A DNA stretch of 64,000 nucleotides from positions 43,400,001 to 43,464,000 of the forward strand of contig CM060733.1 of assembly GCA_030704615.1 (NCBI GenBank), read 5' to 3'. Shown here one piece after another: positions 61,430-64,000 of the stretch. The position numbers and the translations under genes are program-made. This DNA comes from Takakia lepidozioides (taxonomy: Eukaryota; Plantae; Bryophyta). The notes beneath the pieces were generated by a model. It saw only the letters and a program-made list of their open reading frames with translations, was not told where the DNA came from and did not search any database. Numbering within the stretch: the stretch's first letter is position 1; each line of letters starts with the position of its first letter.

Positions 61430-64000
61430 CAGTCCATGTTATCGAATGCTTTTTCGAAATCCAACATGAGAAGGGCCAGGGGTTGGTTATTCTCAAGGCC
61501 AGGGGCTTCTATTGAGAGCAAAATATTGTCAAGGATCATACGATTTTTCATGAATCCCGTTTGCTCCGGTCTGACTAGCTTGTGTAAAAATGGTTGCAGA
61601 CGGAAGGCTAAAGCCTTAGCAATAATTTTGTAGGTTGAATTCAGCAAGGTAATAGGTCTATAGTTAGTAATCAAATCACGATCGCCCTTTTTGAAGATGA
61701 GGGCTATAACACCTTGTGACAATTGAGAGGGCATAATGCCTTTTTCAAGAACATCATTGGCCATAAGCAAAAAGTCATCAGCCACTTTTTGCCACCTTGA
61801 AAAACTCCACTGGGAGTCCGTCCAGACTAGGAGACTTGAGCGAGGCCAGGGCTTCGGTAGCATCATAGAGCTCATCGACAGTGAAAAGAGCACACAGTTC
61901 CAGGGAATCTTCATCAAAGAGAATCTTAGGAACAGTGCTCAGAACGATCGATCTTTGGGCCACATCCTCTGTGGAAAAAGAGGGAGTGGAAAAAAGATCT
62001 CTAAAATAAGACAGCAACAGACGCCATGACTTTAGGGCTCGATTGAGGGACATTCATCTTATCTCGGAGGGAGCAGATGGATGTAGCCATCTGTCTGTGT
62101 TTTGTTTTTTGGAAAAAATAGGCTGCCTCCAAGAAGAGACCAATTGAGTCCTCCGCACTTTAGTTCGTAAAACACAGGCAAATTTTTTTCTTTGTAATTC
62201 AAGGAGCCTCCCTAGCCACAAGGTTCCCCCGATTTACGGGAAGTACCTTCCGCTTTTGGAAGGGTCCCCCAATTTGCGGGAAGTACCTTCCGCGTGTGGA
62301 AGGGTCCCACGATTTGCGGGGCAAGGAGCGGGAAAGAAAAATTTCCCAGTTTTGCACGTTGGGGAAGGGTCGTTCCCACGGCCCTTCCTGAATTTTTGAG
62401 CACCCGGAACTCGGGCTCCGCCCTCGTTGCCGGTGCTCTCAAATTCAGGAAGGGCCTTGGGAACGACCCTTCCCTAATACATATTGGCCTCCTTGGCCGC
62501 CCTAAGCTCTGCCAAGTTCTTTTTGGCCTGATGAAATGATTGCAGGGTGACAGGGCCGATTGCATTGGTTTCAATTAGCCACTGGCAGTGAGCAATACAT
62601 TTAAGTAAGGCCTTCTCTTTTCTAGAACTGGCAAGAGCAAGAGATCTAGATAAGGATTGGGCAGCCTTTCTAGCGGCTGCAACCTTATGAAGAAATTTGA
62701 CAGTAGGGGAAATAAAGGAGTTGTCAAATTCCTTCCAGACAATGGCCAAACTCTGAACCACGGAAGACGACTGGAGAAATAAGGGGTTTAATTTAAAAAA
62801 GCGTCTGGCTCTACGTTGAAACCCAGGCGGCTTTAATTCCAGGGAGACCAAAGCATGATAAGAATAGGAGGAAGAGTAGCTTGGGAGGCCCAAGGGGCAG
62901 CCGAGGGGGAGCAATAAAGTCTATCCAGTCTAGCCATGCAAACATCAGGAGGGGCTCTATTTATTTGACCATGTGAACCGAAGGGAAGCATGATCGAATT
63001 GAAAACAGTCTGAAAGACCCACATAAAAATAAAGCATATCCCCGGCACCATGTTCCTCATGAGAGAGAGGTTGAGCGGAAAGATCATTTCTATCAAACAA
63101 GGATTCTACCATACTGAAATCACCTCCTAGCACCCAATTGCTAACCTGCGGATTGTTTAAGATATTAGAATGCAGGGAGGACCAAAATTCAACGTGGTCT
63201 GAGATGGAATTGGGAGCATAGACATTAATGAAAGCTGTTGAGCCAAACTTAGATGAGGGCACCGTAAATGCGCACTGAGCTCTCCCCTGAATCCAGGTGT
63301 CCACCTTTAGAAAGGAAGCTGCAGCTAAAGAGGGAGCAATAAGGATGGCAGTACCTCCACGCGAATCTATAATAGTGGGGCTCCACCATGAAGAAGAGGA
63401 TGGCCAGATGGATCAATTTCTAATTACGTTTCTTTTTGGCACAGATGCCTCGGAGCCTATATCCCTAATATTCCAGGAGAGAAGATTCTAGCTCATGGAG
63501 GTAGGACTCGGAAGCCCGTGAACGGTTCACGATTTGATGGATGCAAGGAGAGACTTCGAACATCAATCGGGGGTCTATAGGCAGTGTAGGCACCCATTTG
63601 AATCCAGCAAGAGCCGTAACTTTAAAGGAGCCTACAAACCATATAGACACAGAGTTAGAATGGTTTTCAGCTTCCCCTTGAGAGGGGTTACCAATTACTC
63701 TAATAGATGCAATGGCAGAAAGATCACGATCAGGAATTCCCAGAACATTGGAAGAGAGAGAGAGAGAAGACTCCGGCCGAAGCCGGCATAGCTAAGAGCC
63801 ACTTCGCCTTGCGGCTACTGCCCCCATAAAATTGGAAATAAAACGCAGAGCCCTTGATGCGTAACACAAGCAAGGAAAACGTAGAGCAGGCAGACGTAGG
63901 GCCAATAACAGAATCTGCAAACAAGACCCAGGCAGAAGAGGCATTTTCTTCCTTATAAACAATGAAAAGAAGGATAAGCAGGGAGAGCGGGCATGAGCTC
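61430..64000 (-). mobile_element. L1/Tx1-like LINE, 5' half (AP endonuclease and N-terminal RT), continuing across the copia insertion
   Basis: LLSWNIR, SRGGTAIL, FINVYAPN, WVLGGDFS, MARLDRLY, RPITLLNSTYKIIAK and DFEKAFDNMD|WTFL, split exactly at the copia TSD. Confidence 0.9.
62166..62480. mobile_element. Small non-autonomous foldback element, copy B (inverted relative to copy A, with a ~42-bp internal duplication)
   Basis: Reverse complement of 54999-55273; GG(T)CCCCC.ATTT.CGGGAAGTACCTTCCGC is duplicated. Confidence 0.8.

Noticed and set aside
55273-62166. Inversion, or a composite transposon, bounded by the two inverted mini-elements
   Set aside because: LINE domains keep the same strand and order inside and outside the interval, so these are two independent insertions.

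Overview
Eukaryotic, intron-rich, transposon-dense land-plant nuclear DNA, most consistent with a seed-free plant (inference). Host genes: a long multi-exon SRFR1/TTC13-type TPR gene (+, 32542-53533), an intronless PLS-class PPR-DYW RNA-editing factor (-, 27201-29405), a degenerate OSB-type organellar ssDNA-binding gene (-, ~30009-32203), and a damaged NAD(P)HX dehydratase (NAXD) gene (-, 11613-18512) whose first exon is in frame with a transposon-like ORF. The rest is nested mobile DNA: Ty3/gypsy fragments, several LINEs, a young Ty1/copia element with near-identical 307-bp LTRs and a CAGTC target-site duplication, a small foldback element present twice, and a ~480-bp tandem repeat. The most interesting region is ~2080-8790, a decayed two-gene Mutator-like element. 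Its DDE transposase is transcribed divergently from a spliced accessory gene that appears to join a ParB/Srx-like domain (WDGNHR) to a beta-class N4C/N6A DNA-methyltransferase-like domain (ADMVIVDIPDG). The introns of that accessory gene carry at least 7 copies of one palindrome (core TGCGTGCG-N4-CGCACGCA), reminiscent of a ParB/parS or VANC-like self-targeting system. All family assignments come from reading motifs by eye; no database searches were run.
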